This document shows positions 9,540 to 17,952 of a stretch of 48,485 nucleotides of DNA, one piece after another. Source of the DNA: a virus (taxonomy: Duplodnaviria > Caudoviricetes); IMG/VR virus record IMGVR_UViG_3300032301_000901, positions 1 through 48,485 of that record, one strand, 5' to 3'. The notes below the pieces were generated by a model. The model was not told the origin of the DNA. It searched no databases and saw only the letters and a program-made list of their open reading frames with translations. Position numbers and translations under genes: made by a program. How positions within the stretch are numbered: position 1 is the first letter of the stretch; each line of letters begins with the position of its first letter.

Positions 9540-9911
9540 ATGAGATTTGATGAATTGAATGAGGATAACTATCTGTTATTTGCTATAAAATTCTACGATA
9601 ATCCTCAGGCAGTCACCAAAGACGATTTTGAGGATGATCTAAAGAGAATAAAGTATGTAAAGAGATTATTGAAGAGATATAAAAATACTGGGGTGCTTAA
9701 GACTCATTTGATTCTTAATCACCTTACAGTATTATTCAATGTCTTTGATGATGCTACAGTTCCATTATTATTTTATAATTTAGAAAAAGATCTTTGGCCA
9801 TATATTAAAAGTTTTTTGATTTTCTTAAATAGACTTCCAGAATATCCAAAAACTGAAATTAATGTTATAGAAGAAGATTCTGAGTGTTCATTACAGTTGC
9901 AATCAATCTAA
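9540..9911 (+). CDS. Conserved T4-like cyanophage hypothetical protein
   Basis: MRFDELNEDN...YDNPQ...DLKRIKYVKRLL...LILNHL pattern, typically found upstream of primase. Confidence 0.75.
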   Translation: MRFDELNEDNYLLFAIKFYDNPQAVTKDDFEDDLKRIKYVKRLLKRYKNTGVLKTHLILNHLTVLFNVFDDATVPLLFYNLEKDLWPYIKSFLIFLNRLPEYPKTEINVIEEDSECSLQLQSI

Positions 9912-10141
9912 TGGAAAGTAAAGTAGATAGGATTATTAATATTATTAGATCTCTTAAAGAGGAAGGTATGGTAAGTGGTGCTCCCACCACTAGTCTTACT
10001 AGTCCAACCGATGGCAAGGGGCATATTGCTGGTACAGTAGAAGCAGGTGATAATCCCCCAGTAAGAAAGCAGAATAAATACATTTATGGAACAGGATTTC
10101 GTAAACCTTGGTTACAAACAAGAAAACCTCCACAACAATAA
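9911..10141 (+). CDS. Hypothetical protein
   Basis: ATG overlaps the previous stop codon; MESKVDRIINIIR... Confidence 0.55.
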   Translation: MESKVDRIINIIRSLKEEGMVSGAPTTSLTSPTDGKGHIAGTVEAGDNPPVRKQNKYIYGTGFRKPWLQTRKPPQQ

Positions 10142-10149
10142 CCACTCCA

Positions 10150-10542
10150 ATGTACCCACCAACTCAGACAATAGAGACAAAAGTAGCGATTCTTGAAGAA
10201 AAGATTCATACTACTGATCAGTTGATGCAACGCATCGACAGTGCTATTGAAAAGTTGAGTGAAGTAAATGCAAATGTGACTAAAATGCTTATAGTCCATG
10301 AAGAAAAAATTAATAATAATGAAAAAACAGATGGAATACTTTTTTCAAAAATTGATCAATTGAAAGATAAAATAGATAAAGATCACAATATAGTATTGGA
10401 TAAATTGCAAGGATTGGAAAAGAAAGTTTGGATTGGTATAGGTGCGATTGCAGTTGTAAGTTTAATAATCAATAATTCGGAAGTTCTTTCGAATATCTTG
10501 ACACAGACTCAAGACAACGGTAGACTCGAAAGACTGAAATAA
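10150..10542 (+). CDS. Hypothetical coiled-coil protein with a C-terminal transmembrane segment
   Basis: Heptad-like region followed by LEKKVWIGIGAIAVVSLII. Confidence 0.65.
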   Translation: MYPPTQTIETKVAILEEKIHTTDQLMQRIDSAIEKLSEVNANVTKMLIVHEEKINNNEKTDGILFSKIDQLKDKIDKDHNIVLDKLQGLEKKVWIGIGAIAVVSLIINNSEVLSNILTQTQDNGRLERLK

Positions 10543-10556
10543 GCGTCCCCCCAATA

Positions 10557-11531
10557 ATGGATCTGATTGACTCCAAGTATATTGGACTGGTATCCTCACG
10601 TCTTCAAAAATTTAAAAGGGTTAAAGGGGATTTGTATACGTTCCGTTGCCCGATTTGTGGTGACTCTCAGAAAAACAAAAATAAGACACGGGGATACATT
10701 TATACTGTCAAGAATAATACGAACTTCAAGTGTCATAACTGTGGAGCAAGTTTATCATTTAATAACTTTCTTAAACAGATAGATCCAACACTTCATAAAC
10801 AATATACACTTGAAAAGTTTAAGGAAGGTCATACTGGCAAAAACTTTGTAGTTGAAGAACCAAAGTTTGAGTTTAAAAAACCTACTTTTAAGAAAAGATT
10901 AGATTTGCCTAAGGCTTCCGAAAATCCAATTTCTAAAGAGTACCTTGAGAAAAGACTTTTAAATCCTGATAAGTTTTATTTTGCTGATAAATTTCAATCC
11001 TGGGTTAATACACAAAAACCTACGTTTAATAATATTATAAGAGATGAAAGTCGCATAGTGATACCATTGCACACCAGAGATGGTCAAATTTTTGGTTTTC
11101 AGGGAAGAGCAATAGGTGCTAGCAAAGTTAAATACATTACAGTGATTTTGGATGAGAGTGTTCCTAAAGTTTATGGATTGCATGAGGTAAGTACTGAAAA
11201 AAGAATCTATGTTACTGAAGGGCCTTTTGATTCGACATTTGTTCAAAATGCAATCGCAATGTGTGGATCTGACATTAATCTTGATAGTCTTAATTTGGGA
11301 GACGATATTGTATATGTTCTTGATAATGAACCTCGCAATAAGGAAATCTGTAATAGGATATCCAAACTCATCGACGGAGGTAAAAAAGTAGTCATCTGGC
11401 CAAAAGCAGTTCAACAAAAGGATATCAATGATATGATTCTCTCTGGACTTTCCATTATGGATGTGTTAAAATCAAATACATATAGAGGGCTCGAAGCAAA
11501 AATCAAATTCAACGAATGGAAGAAAGTATGA
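10557..11531 (+). CDS. 61: DNA primase gp61
   Basis: Zn finger CPICGDS...CHNC; TOPRIM motifs VTEGPFDS, LDNEPRN, KDINDM. Confidence 0.95.
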   Translation: MDLIDSKYIGLVSSRLQKFKRVKGDLYTFRCPICGDSQKNKNKTRGYIYTVKNNTNFKCHNCGASLSFNNFLKQIDPTLHKQYTLEKFKEGHTGKNFVVEEPKFEFKKPTFKKRLDLPKASENPISKEYLEKRLLNPDKFYFADKFQSWVNTQKPTFNNIIRDESRIVIPLHTRDGQIFGFQGRAIGASKVKYITVILDESVPKVYGLHEVSTEKRIYVTEGPFDSTFVQNAIAMCGSDINLDSLNLGDDIVYVLDNEPRNKEICNRISKLIDGGKKVVIWPKAVQQKDINDMILSGLSIMDVLKSNTYRGLEAKIKFNEWKKV

Positions 11532-13504
11532 GTAACGGAACACGGGTAATTAAGAGAAACGGATCAGTTGAAAGTCTTGATTTAAATAAACTTCATCTAA
11601 TGGTAGAAGAAGCATGTAGAGACCTTGCTGGAGTATCAGCATCACAAGTTGAGATGAAATCTGGAATTCAGTTTTATGATGGAATTACCACCGGAGAAGT
11701 TCAGGAAATTCTAATTCGTTCTGCGTCCGATTTGATTGATCTTGAGCATCCTAATTATCAGTTTGTCGCCGCTCGTTTATTACTATTTGCTCTTCGTAAA
11801 CAGTTGTTTGGTCGCATGTATGAGTTTCCAACTGTTTTGGAGCATACTAAAAAATGTGTTGATCTTGGAGTTTATGATGTGGAGATTCTTTCGGCATATG
11901 ATGCCGAAGAGTTTGATAAACTTCAATCATTTATAGATCATAGTCGTGATTATTTGTTCACCTATGCTGGTCTTAGACAGGTTTCTGATAAGTATCTTGT
12001 GCAGGATAGGAGCAGTGGAAAGGTTTATGAGACGCCACAATTCATGTATCTTTTGATTTCTGCAACTATTTTTTCTAAGTATCCTAAAGAGACTCGATTG
12101 GATTATGTGAAGAAATATTATGATGCAATTTCTAGACATAGAATCAACATTCCAACACCAATCATGGCAGGAGTTAGGACTCCACTCCGCCAATATGCCA
12201 GTTGTGTACTTGTCGATGTTGATGATACACTTGATAGCATTTTTAGTAGTGACATGGCTATTGGGAGATATGTTTCTCAGCGGGCAGGTATAGGTATCAA
12301 TGCAGGAAGAATTCGTGGTATCAATGCCAAAATTAGGGGCGGAGAGGTACAGCACACTGGCGTAGTGCCCTTTCTTAAAAAGTTTGAGGCAACTGTAAGG
12401 TGCTGTACTCAGAACGGCATCAGGGGCGGTTCTGCTACGGCACATTTTCCTATTTGGCATCAGGAAATTCAGGACATTTTAGTTCTTAAAAACAACAAAG
12501 GAACAGAAGATAATCGTGTTCGTAAGTTGGATTATTCGATTCAGATTAGTAAGTTATTCTATGAAAGATTTATTCAAAATGGTGAGATTACACTTTTCTC
12601 CCCACATGATGTTCCTGGACTTTATGATTCTTTCGGAACAATTGAGTTTGACTCTCTCTACATTGGGTATGAAAACAATCCGGATATTCAAAAGAAAACT
12701 GTTAAGGCACAAGAACTCTTTTTGGATCTTCTAAAGGAACGTGCAGAGACTGGTCGTATTTACATTATGAATATTGATCATTGTAATTCTCATAGTTCTT
12801 TTATTGATAAGGTTTCGATGAGTAACCTTTGTGTTGCTGGTGATACAAAGATTAAAATCAAATACCCAAAAGCAATATATGATGATATTGGAGAGATTTA
12901 TGATTGGAAAGTTTATGAAGAAGAAATTGAGATTGGAGATCTGGATGAATATATTAGTTCCAGAGAAATTAGAGTTATGTCTTATAAAGTAAGTGATACT
13001 GATCCTTGTGAGGATGTTCCTCAGATTGAAGTTCTTTCTTATAACACAGAAACTAATCAACAAGAATGGAAACCTATTACTGATTTTGCCGAAACATCAC
13101 CAAAAGCAAAAGTAATGAAAATTACTGATGAAGAAAGTGGTAAGAGTATCATAGTTACACCAGAGCACCAAGTATTCACAAAAAATCGTGGGTATGTAAT
13201 GGCAAAGAACTTAACTGAAACAGATGAGTTGGTATTTGTAGATGGATATTCAACTAAAATAATTGTTGAATACCTTGAAGAGGAAATCCCCGTTTATGAT
13301 ATTACTGTAGAAGGAACACATAATTTCTTTGCAAATAATATTCTGGTCCATAATTGTCAAGAAATCACTCTACCAACAGATCCAATTCAACATATTGATG
13401 ACATAGGAAAAACCGAAAAACGAAAGGTGAAAGTTCCAAAAGATAAAATTGAACAATATAAAAAATATCTTAAAGATACTGGAGGGATTTTATATGACCA
13501 TTGA
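11528..13504 (+). CDS. nrdA: Class Ia ribonucleotide reductase alpha subunit, N-terminal fragment (NrdA-a) with cis mini-intein and basic C-terminal tail
   Basis: ATP cone (VIKRNG), PTPIMAG, ASCVL, QNGIRGG, then SNL|intein|CQEITLP. Homology ends at QHIDD, followed by a non-RNR tail and a stop codon. Confidence 0.93.
   Translation: MSNGTRVIKRNGSVESLDLNKLHLMVEEACRDLAGVSASQVEMKSGIQFYDGITTGEVQEILIRSASDLIDLEHPNYQFVAARLLLFALRKQLFGRMYEFPTVLEHTKKCVDLGVYDVEILSAYDAEEFDKLQSFIDHSRDYLFTYAGLRQVSDKYLVQDRSSGKVYETPQFMYLLISATIFSKYPKETRLDYVKKYYDAISRHRINIPTPIMAGVRTPLRQYASCVLVDVDDTLDSIFSSDMAIGRYVSQRAGIGINAGRIRGINAKIRGGEVQHTGVVPFLKKFEATVRCCTQNGIRGGSATAHFPIWHQEIQDILVLKNNKGTEDNRVRKLDYSIQISKLFYERFIQNGEITLFSPHDVPGLYDSFGTIEFDSLYIGYENNPDIQKKTVKAQELFLDLLKERAETGRIYIMNIDHCNSHSSFIDKVSMSNLCVAGDTKIKIKYPKAIYDDIGEIYDWKVYEEEIEIGDLDEYISSREIRVMSYKVSDTDPCEDVPQIEVLSYNTETNQQEWKPITDFAETSPKAKVMKITDEESGKSIIVTPEHQVFTKNRGYVMAKNLTETDELVFVDGYSTKIIVEYLEEEIPVYDITVEGTHNFFANNILVHNCQEITLPTDPIQHIDDIGKTEKRKVKVPKDKIEQYKKYLKDTGGILYDH
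12830..13354 (+). mobile_element. Cis mini-intein (175 aa) at the nrdA SNL/C catalytic cysteine
   Basis: CVAGDTKI (block A), VTPEHQVFT (block B), VYDITV (block F), HNFFANNILVHN/C (block G); no LAGLIDADG domain. Confidence 0.93.
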
Positions 13505-13542
13505 AAAATTATTAATAGCAGTAAAAATACAAAATGCTATAA

Positions 13543-13590
13543 ATAGATATAGAAATAGATATAGATATAGATATAGATATAGAAATAGAA
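13543..13590 (+). repeat. Hexamer microsatellite (ATAGAW)x8 between a late promoter and the endonuclease start
   Basis: ATAGAT ATAGAA ATAGAT ATAGAT ATAGAT ATAGAT ATAGAA ATAGAA, overlapping the end of TATAAATA (13538-13545). Confidence 0.85.
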
Positions 13591-13602
13591 ATATAAAATA
13601 CT

Positions 13603-14364
13603 ATGGAAGAAAAATTAGCATTTGTGTATGAATGGGAAAATATTATTAACAAAATGAAATACATTGGATCTCATTATGGTCATTTAAATGATGGATATAT
13701 TTCCTCAAGTAATCATTTTAATCCAATTTATTATGAAACTCCGTTAACATTCGAAAGAAAAATTTTATTTACTTTTTGTACAAGGATTGAGGCATTAAAA
13801 AAAGAAAAAAAACTTTTGTGGGAATTGAATGCTGCAAAAAATCCAAATTATTATAATTTATGCAATGAACCGGGAAATGGATGGTCACATCACGAAAATG
13901 TTGAATTATCTAAAATATTTTATAAAAAAATATCAGATGCAAGAAAAGGAAAACCCGCACATAATAAAGGTATTCCTATGAATGAAGATCAAAAATATAA
14001 ATTATCCGATTCTTGGATTATTTCCGGTCCAAATATTGAAAATGAAATTATAATTAAAAATATGTCTGAATTTTGTGGGAAAAATAATTTAAATCCTTCT
14101 GCTATGAGTGCTGTTGCTAGAGGAAAAGTTAGACATCATTACGGATACAAATGTAAAAAATTGACAAATATTAAAAATATAAAATATGATTACAATGAAT
14201 GGGAAAGTAAAGGGAAACCAGGAGGAGTAAATTATGGTTCAAAAAATGGATGGAGTAAAAAAGTTAAGATTGGGGAAGTAATATACGATTGTATGAGGGA
14301 AGCGTCAGAAAAAACCGGATTAAGTTTACACATAATTAGAAAAAATGGAGATTTTAATGTCTAA
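13603..14364 (+). CDS. Free-standing GIY-YIG (Seg-like) homing endonuclease splitting nrdA
   Basis: FVYEW...KYIGSH...GYISSS...E...YYNL catalytic module; NUMOD-like KGKPAHNKG; C-terminal HTH-like region. Confidence 0.88.
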   Translation: MEEKLAFVYEWENIINKMKYIGSHYGHLNDGYISSSNHFNPIYYETPLTFERKILFTFCTRIEALKKEKKLLWELNAAKNPNYYNLCNEPGNGWSHHENVELSKIFYKKISDARKGKPAHNKGIPMNEDQKYKLSDSWIISGPNIENEIIIKNMSEFCGKNNLNPSAMSAVARGKVRHHYGYKCKKLTNIKNIKYDYNEWESKGKPGGVNYGSKNGWSKKVKIGEVIYDCMREASEKTGLSLHIIRKNGDFNV

Positions 14365-15397
14365 TTTACTATACGAATTTGTTGATGAAAATGAATCTGA
14401 AGATATGCAAAATTATGAATATTTTTATGAGGATGTCATCGTAGATAAAAATCCGCCAGCAATTGCTCTCTGTATTCTTAGTGCCATTAATATTGGAAAA
14501 ATTAAGACTAATGAGGATCTTGAAGTTCTTTGTGATCTCGCTGTTCGTAGTTTGGATGAACTGATTGATTTTCAAGGATATCCTGTCAAATCGGCAGAAA
14601 TCGCCACTAAGGCGCGTCGTTCACTTGGAATAGGTTATATTGGATTGGCACATTATCTTGCCAAGAATGGTGTGAAATATGATGATCCTGAGGCATGGAA
14701 ATTAGTACATGACCTAACCGAAGCATTCCAGTATTACTTAATCAAAGCAACAACTCTTCTTGCTAGAGAAAAGGGTGCCTGCGAATATTCTCATCGCACT
14801 AAGTATTCTGAAGGAATTTTGCCAATTGATACTTATAAGAAGGATGTTGACGAATTGATTCCAAATGTGCTAAAGTATGATTGGGAAAGACTTAGATCAA
14901 TGGTTAAGAAGTACGGTGTACGAAACTCCACTCTTTCGGCACAAATGCCTTCGGAGAGCAGTTCCGTTGTGTCAAACGCAACTAATGGAATCGAACCTCC
15001 TCGCGGATACTTGTCCGTTAAGAAATCAAAGAAAGGACCACTTAAGCAAATTGTTCCACAGTTTCATACACTTAAGAACAATTATACGCTTCTTTGGGAT
15101 ATGCCTAGCAATCGTGGTTATATTAATATTGTTGCAGTTATGCAAAAATTCTTCGATCAAGCGATTTCTGGAAACTGGTCATATAATCCAGAAAATTATC
15201 CCAATAATGAAGTTCCTGTTAGCGTAATGGCAAGAGATATGCTTGAAACATATCGTTTAGGTCATAAGACGGCATATTATCAAAACACATATGATATTAA
15301 AACTGATGAAGTTGAAGAACCAAAACAACAACTCCAATCTCTTCTTGATGATATTATGAATTCCGACGATGATGATTGTGAGAGTTGCAAAATCTAA
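14357..15397 (+). CDS. nrdA: Ribonucleotide reductase alpha subunit, C-terminal fragment (NrdA-b) with acidic N-terminal head
   Basis: GGAG RBS at 14347-14350. Then IALCILSAIN, RRSLGIG, AQMPSESSS, NGIEP, KTAYY and the C-terminal CESCKI redox pair. Confidence 0.93.
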   Translation: MSNLLYEFVDENESEDMQNYEYFYEDVIVDKNPPAIALCILSAINIGKIKTNEDLEVLCDLAVRSLDELIDFQGYPVKSAEIATKARRSLGIGYIGLAHYLAKNGVKYDDPEAWKLVHDLTEAFQYYLIKATTLLAREKGACEYSHRTKYSEGILPIDTYKKDVDELIPNVLKYDWERLRSMVKKYGVRNSTLSAQMPSESSSVVSNATNGIEPPRGYLSVKKSKKGPLKQIVPQFHTLKNNYTLLWDMPSNRGYINIVAVMQKFFDQAISGNWSYNPENYPNNEVPVSVMARDMLETYRLGHKTAYYQNTYDIKTDEVEEPKQQLQSLLDDIMNSDDDDCESCKI

Positions 15398-15484
15398 CTA
15401 GATTAAATATAACAGTGTGAGTTCAAAAGTTATTAATGGAGAAGATATGGACTTTAGATTTAAAACAAATAGTGTGGAAAAAAT

Positions 15485-16627
15485 GTGATTAACAATATGA
15501 CAGTTTTCAATTCTGAAGAAGTTGATACAAAAAAATCTCCTATGTTTTTTGGGCAACCGCTAGGAATTCAAAGATATGATACCTACAAGTACCCAATCTT
15601 TGAAAAACTGACAACTCAACAACTAGGATACTTCTGGAGACCTGAGGAGGTCTCCCTACAGAAAGACAGAGGAGATTATCAATCTCTTCGTCCTGAACAA
15701 AAGCATATTTTTACTTCTAACCTAAAATATCAAGTTATGCTTGATAGTGTTCAAGGTCGTGGACCTGGAATGGCATTTGCTCCTTATTGCTCACTTCCAG
15801 AATTGGAAGCGTGTATGAAGGTTTGGGAATTTATGGAGATGATTCATTCGCGCTCTTATACATATATTATTAAAAATGTATATTCGGATCCTTCGGATGT
15901 GTTTGATACAATTCTCAGAGATGAAAAAATTCTTGAACGTGCCGTCAGCGTAACCGAAGCATATAACGATTTTATCAATAGTGCTCAACATTATGGGACT
16001 TCTGAACTTTGGAAACATGCCCAAGAACAAGTTCCTTACGCACAGGTAGAAAGGTATGAACTTAAGAGAAAGTTATTCAGAGCAGTTGCAAACGTTAATA
16101 TTCTTGAAGGTATTCGCTTTTATGTCAGTTTCGCTTGTAGTTTTGCTTTTGGCGAACTCAAACTTATGGAAGGAAGCGCAAAAATCATCAGTCTAATTGC
16201 AAGAGATGAGAATCAGCATTTAGTTATCACTCAAAATATTCTGAACAAGTGGAAAGAAGGTGATGATCCCGATATGCAAAAAATCTCTCAAGAAGAGGAG
16301 CAGTGGGTTAATAAAACTTTTGAGAAGGCAGTAAATCAAGAAAAACTTTGGGCAGAATATCTGTTCAAGGATGGTTCTATGATTGGTTTGAATGATAAAC
16401 TCCTTCAGCAGTACGTTGAGTGGATTGCAAATCGTCGTATGAGAGCGATTGGTCTCAAACCACTTTATGATATTCCGGCAAAGAATAATCCCCTTCCTTG
16501 GACATCTCATTGGATAGAATCAAAATCGGTCCAAGTAGCTCCACAAGAAACGGAAATTACATCATATTTGATTGGTGGAATTAAGCAGGATATGAAATCT
16601 AATCATTTTTCAGATTTTAAACTGTAA
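15485..16627 (+). CDS. nrdB: Ribonucleotide reductase beta subunit
   Basis: FWRPEEV, LDSVQGR, EMIHSRSY, LEGIRFY, RDENQH diiron motifs; start codon uncertain (see findings). Confidence 0.95.
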   Translation: MINNMTVFNSEEVDTKKSPMFFGQPLGIQRYDTYKYPIFEKLTTQQLGYFWRPEEVSLQKDRGDYQSLRPEQKHIFTSNLKYQVMLDSVQGRGPGMAFAPYCSLPELEACMKVWEFMEMIHSRSYTYIIKNVYSDPSDVFDTILRDEKILERAVSVTEAYNDFINSAQHYGTSELWKHAQEQVPYAQVERYELKRKLFRAVANVNILEGIRFYVSFACSFAFGELKLMEGSAKIISLIARDENQHLVITQNILNKWKEGDDPDMQKISQEEEQWVNKTFEKAVNQEKLWAEYLFKDGSMIGLNDKLLQQYVEWIANRRMRAIGLKPLYDIPAKNNPLPWTSHWIESKSVQVAPQETEITSYLIGGIKQDMKSNHFSDFKL

Positions 16628-16646
16628 ATTATAGTATAAATTTTCG

Positions 16647-16678
16647 GAGGACCTTAAGGTCCTCTTTTTTTATAAATA
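16647..16678 (+). terminator. Rho-independent terminator fused to a late promoter
   Basis: GAGGACC-TTAA-GGTCCTC hairpin and T run, followed directly by TATAAATA (16671-16678). Confidence 0.75.
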
Positions 16679-16707
16679 TCAGTATACAAAAAAAGAAATA
16701 GTTAAAA

Positions 16708-17868
16708 ATGGAAAGAATTACATCTCATCAGGTAGTCGGTTTGATGGAGGCATATGGCGCAGTTCATGCTCCACAAATTACCGAAGAACAGATCTGGGAA
16801 GAAGTTGAAATCTGGACAAATTCTCTTCTAGAAGAAGGTTATGATCTGAGTGAGTATACTTGGGATGAATTGTATGAGCATTATATTACAGAAGTTGTAA
16901 TGACTGGTCAAAATCGTCCAACTAAACCACTCAGCAATCCAATTAATTCTATAGGTGCAGGTCTTAAGACTGGTATTGGTAATCTTCAAAAAGCAGTTAC
17001 ACCAGCAGCTCAAGCAGTTAGAGGAACATTGAATAGGGCAAATACTGCAGCTACTAGTGCTGTTACGGGAGCAGGTGCAGGTCTTAAGACTGGTATTGGT
17101 AATGTTCAAAAAGCATCTACGCCATATGTTCAAGCGGCAAGAGGAGCATTGAATAGGGCAAATACTGCAGCTACTAGTGCTGTTACGGGAGCAGGTGCTG
17201 CCGTTGCTGGTGCTGCCAATGCTGCTGGACGTAAAATCGGACAAGAAGTTGAAATTTCTAGAAGAGTTGGTGCTGGACAACCGGCAAATGCTCCCACAGT
17301 TGCCAAATCTCCAGTAGGTCCCGCATCACCATCTTCACAATATACTAAGCAAAATCTTGGTGGAGCACAGTACGCTGCCTTTAAAGGTGGTGGTGGTGAC
17401 GCAGCCATCCGTCAAGGTCGTTCCGCTGGAGAAGTAGTTGCTCAAGGAAGAAAAAATATTTCCAAAGTGGTATCTGGTAGAGAAATGAATGTTACTGCTC
17501 CCGGAGTTGTAAAATCTAGTTTCGATATATTTGATGTAATCAAAGGACACCTGATTGATGAAGGTTATGCTGATACTGAAGATGCGGCACTTCAAATCAT
17601 GGCAAACATGAGTGAAGAGTGGAGAGAGAATATTATTGGTGAGGCAAATAAACATGAAAGGCATCTACTTAAAGATTTGCCAAAAAATTTGCATAGAACT
17701 GTAAAAAGTGCGATGCGTTCCAATTCGAACCAAAACGAACCCCTAACCGGTAGGCAAAAACGTATTGCAACTAAATCCGGCAATATTAAATCCGCAAATT
17801 ATGATCCCGACAAAGGAATTTCCCCAAGTGGATCAAGAAGAGGGTCAGAATCTTCTACCGAATATTGA
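16708..17868 (+). CDS. Putative internal virion protein (Ala/Gly-rich, modular)
   Basis: Late promoter. The EEGYDLSEYTWD and GYADTE modules are shared with the next ORF; internal 40-aa duplication. Confidence 0.65.
   Translation: MERITSHQVVGLMEAYGAVHAPQITEEQIWEEVEIWTNSLLEEGYDLSEYTWDELYEHYITEVVMTGQNRPTKPLSNPINSIGAGLKTGIGNLQKAVTPAAQAVRGTLNRANTAATSAVTGAGAGLKTGIGNVQKASTPYVQAARGALNRANTAATSAVTGAGAAVAGAANAAGRKIGQEVEISRRVGAGQPANAPTVAKSPVGPASPSSQYTKQNLGGAQYAAFKGGGGDAAIRQGRSAGEVVAQGRKNISKVVSGREMNVTAPGVVKSSFDIFDVIKGHLIDEGYADTEDAALQIMANMSEEWRENIIGEANKHERHLLKDLPKNLHRTVKSAMRSNSNQNEPLTGRQKRIATKSGNIKSANYDPDKGISPSGSRRGSESSTEY
16953..17198 (+). repeat. Tandem duplication of a 120-bp in-frame unit
   Basis: AGGTGCAGGTCTTAAGACTGGTATTGGTAAT... 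begins at 16953 and 17073; ...CATTGAATAGGGCAAATACTGCAGCTACTAGTGCTGTTACGGGAGCAGGTGC is identical in both copies. Confidence 0.85.
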
Positions 17869-17890
17869 TACTACTTCCCAAACTAATAGT

Positions 17891-17923
17891 AGGAGAGGGA
17901 AACCTCTCCTTTTTTTATAAATA
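17891..17923 (+). terminator. Rho-independent terminator fused to a late promoter
   Basis: AGGAGAGG-GAAA-CCTCTCCT, T run, then TATAAATA (17916-17923). Confidence 0.8.
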
Positions 17924-17952
17924 ACTTCATACAGAAAAGAAGTTTTATTAAA

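Noticed and set aside
13449-13631. ORF with RYRYRY repeats
   Set aside because: It is the translation of the ATAGAW microsatellite and overlaps two real genes.
13505-14356. Group I intron or split intein explaining the nrdA break
   Set aside because: No group I core elements are visible, there is no Cys-initiated IntN or HN-ending IntC at the break, and NrdA-b has its own RBS and start codon.
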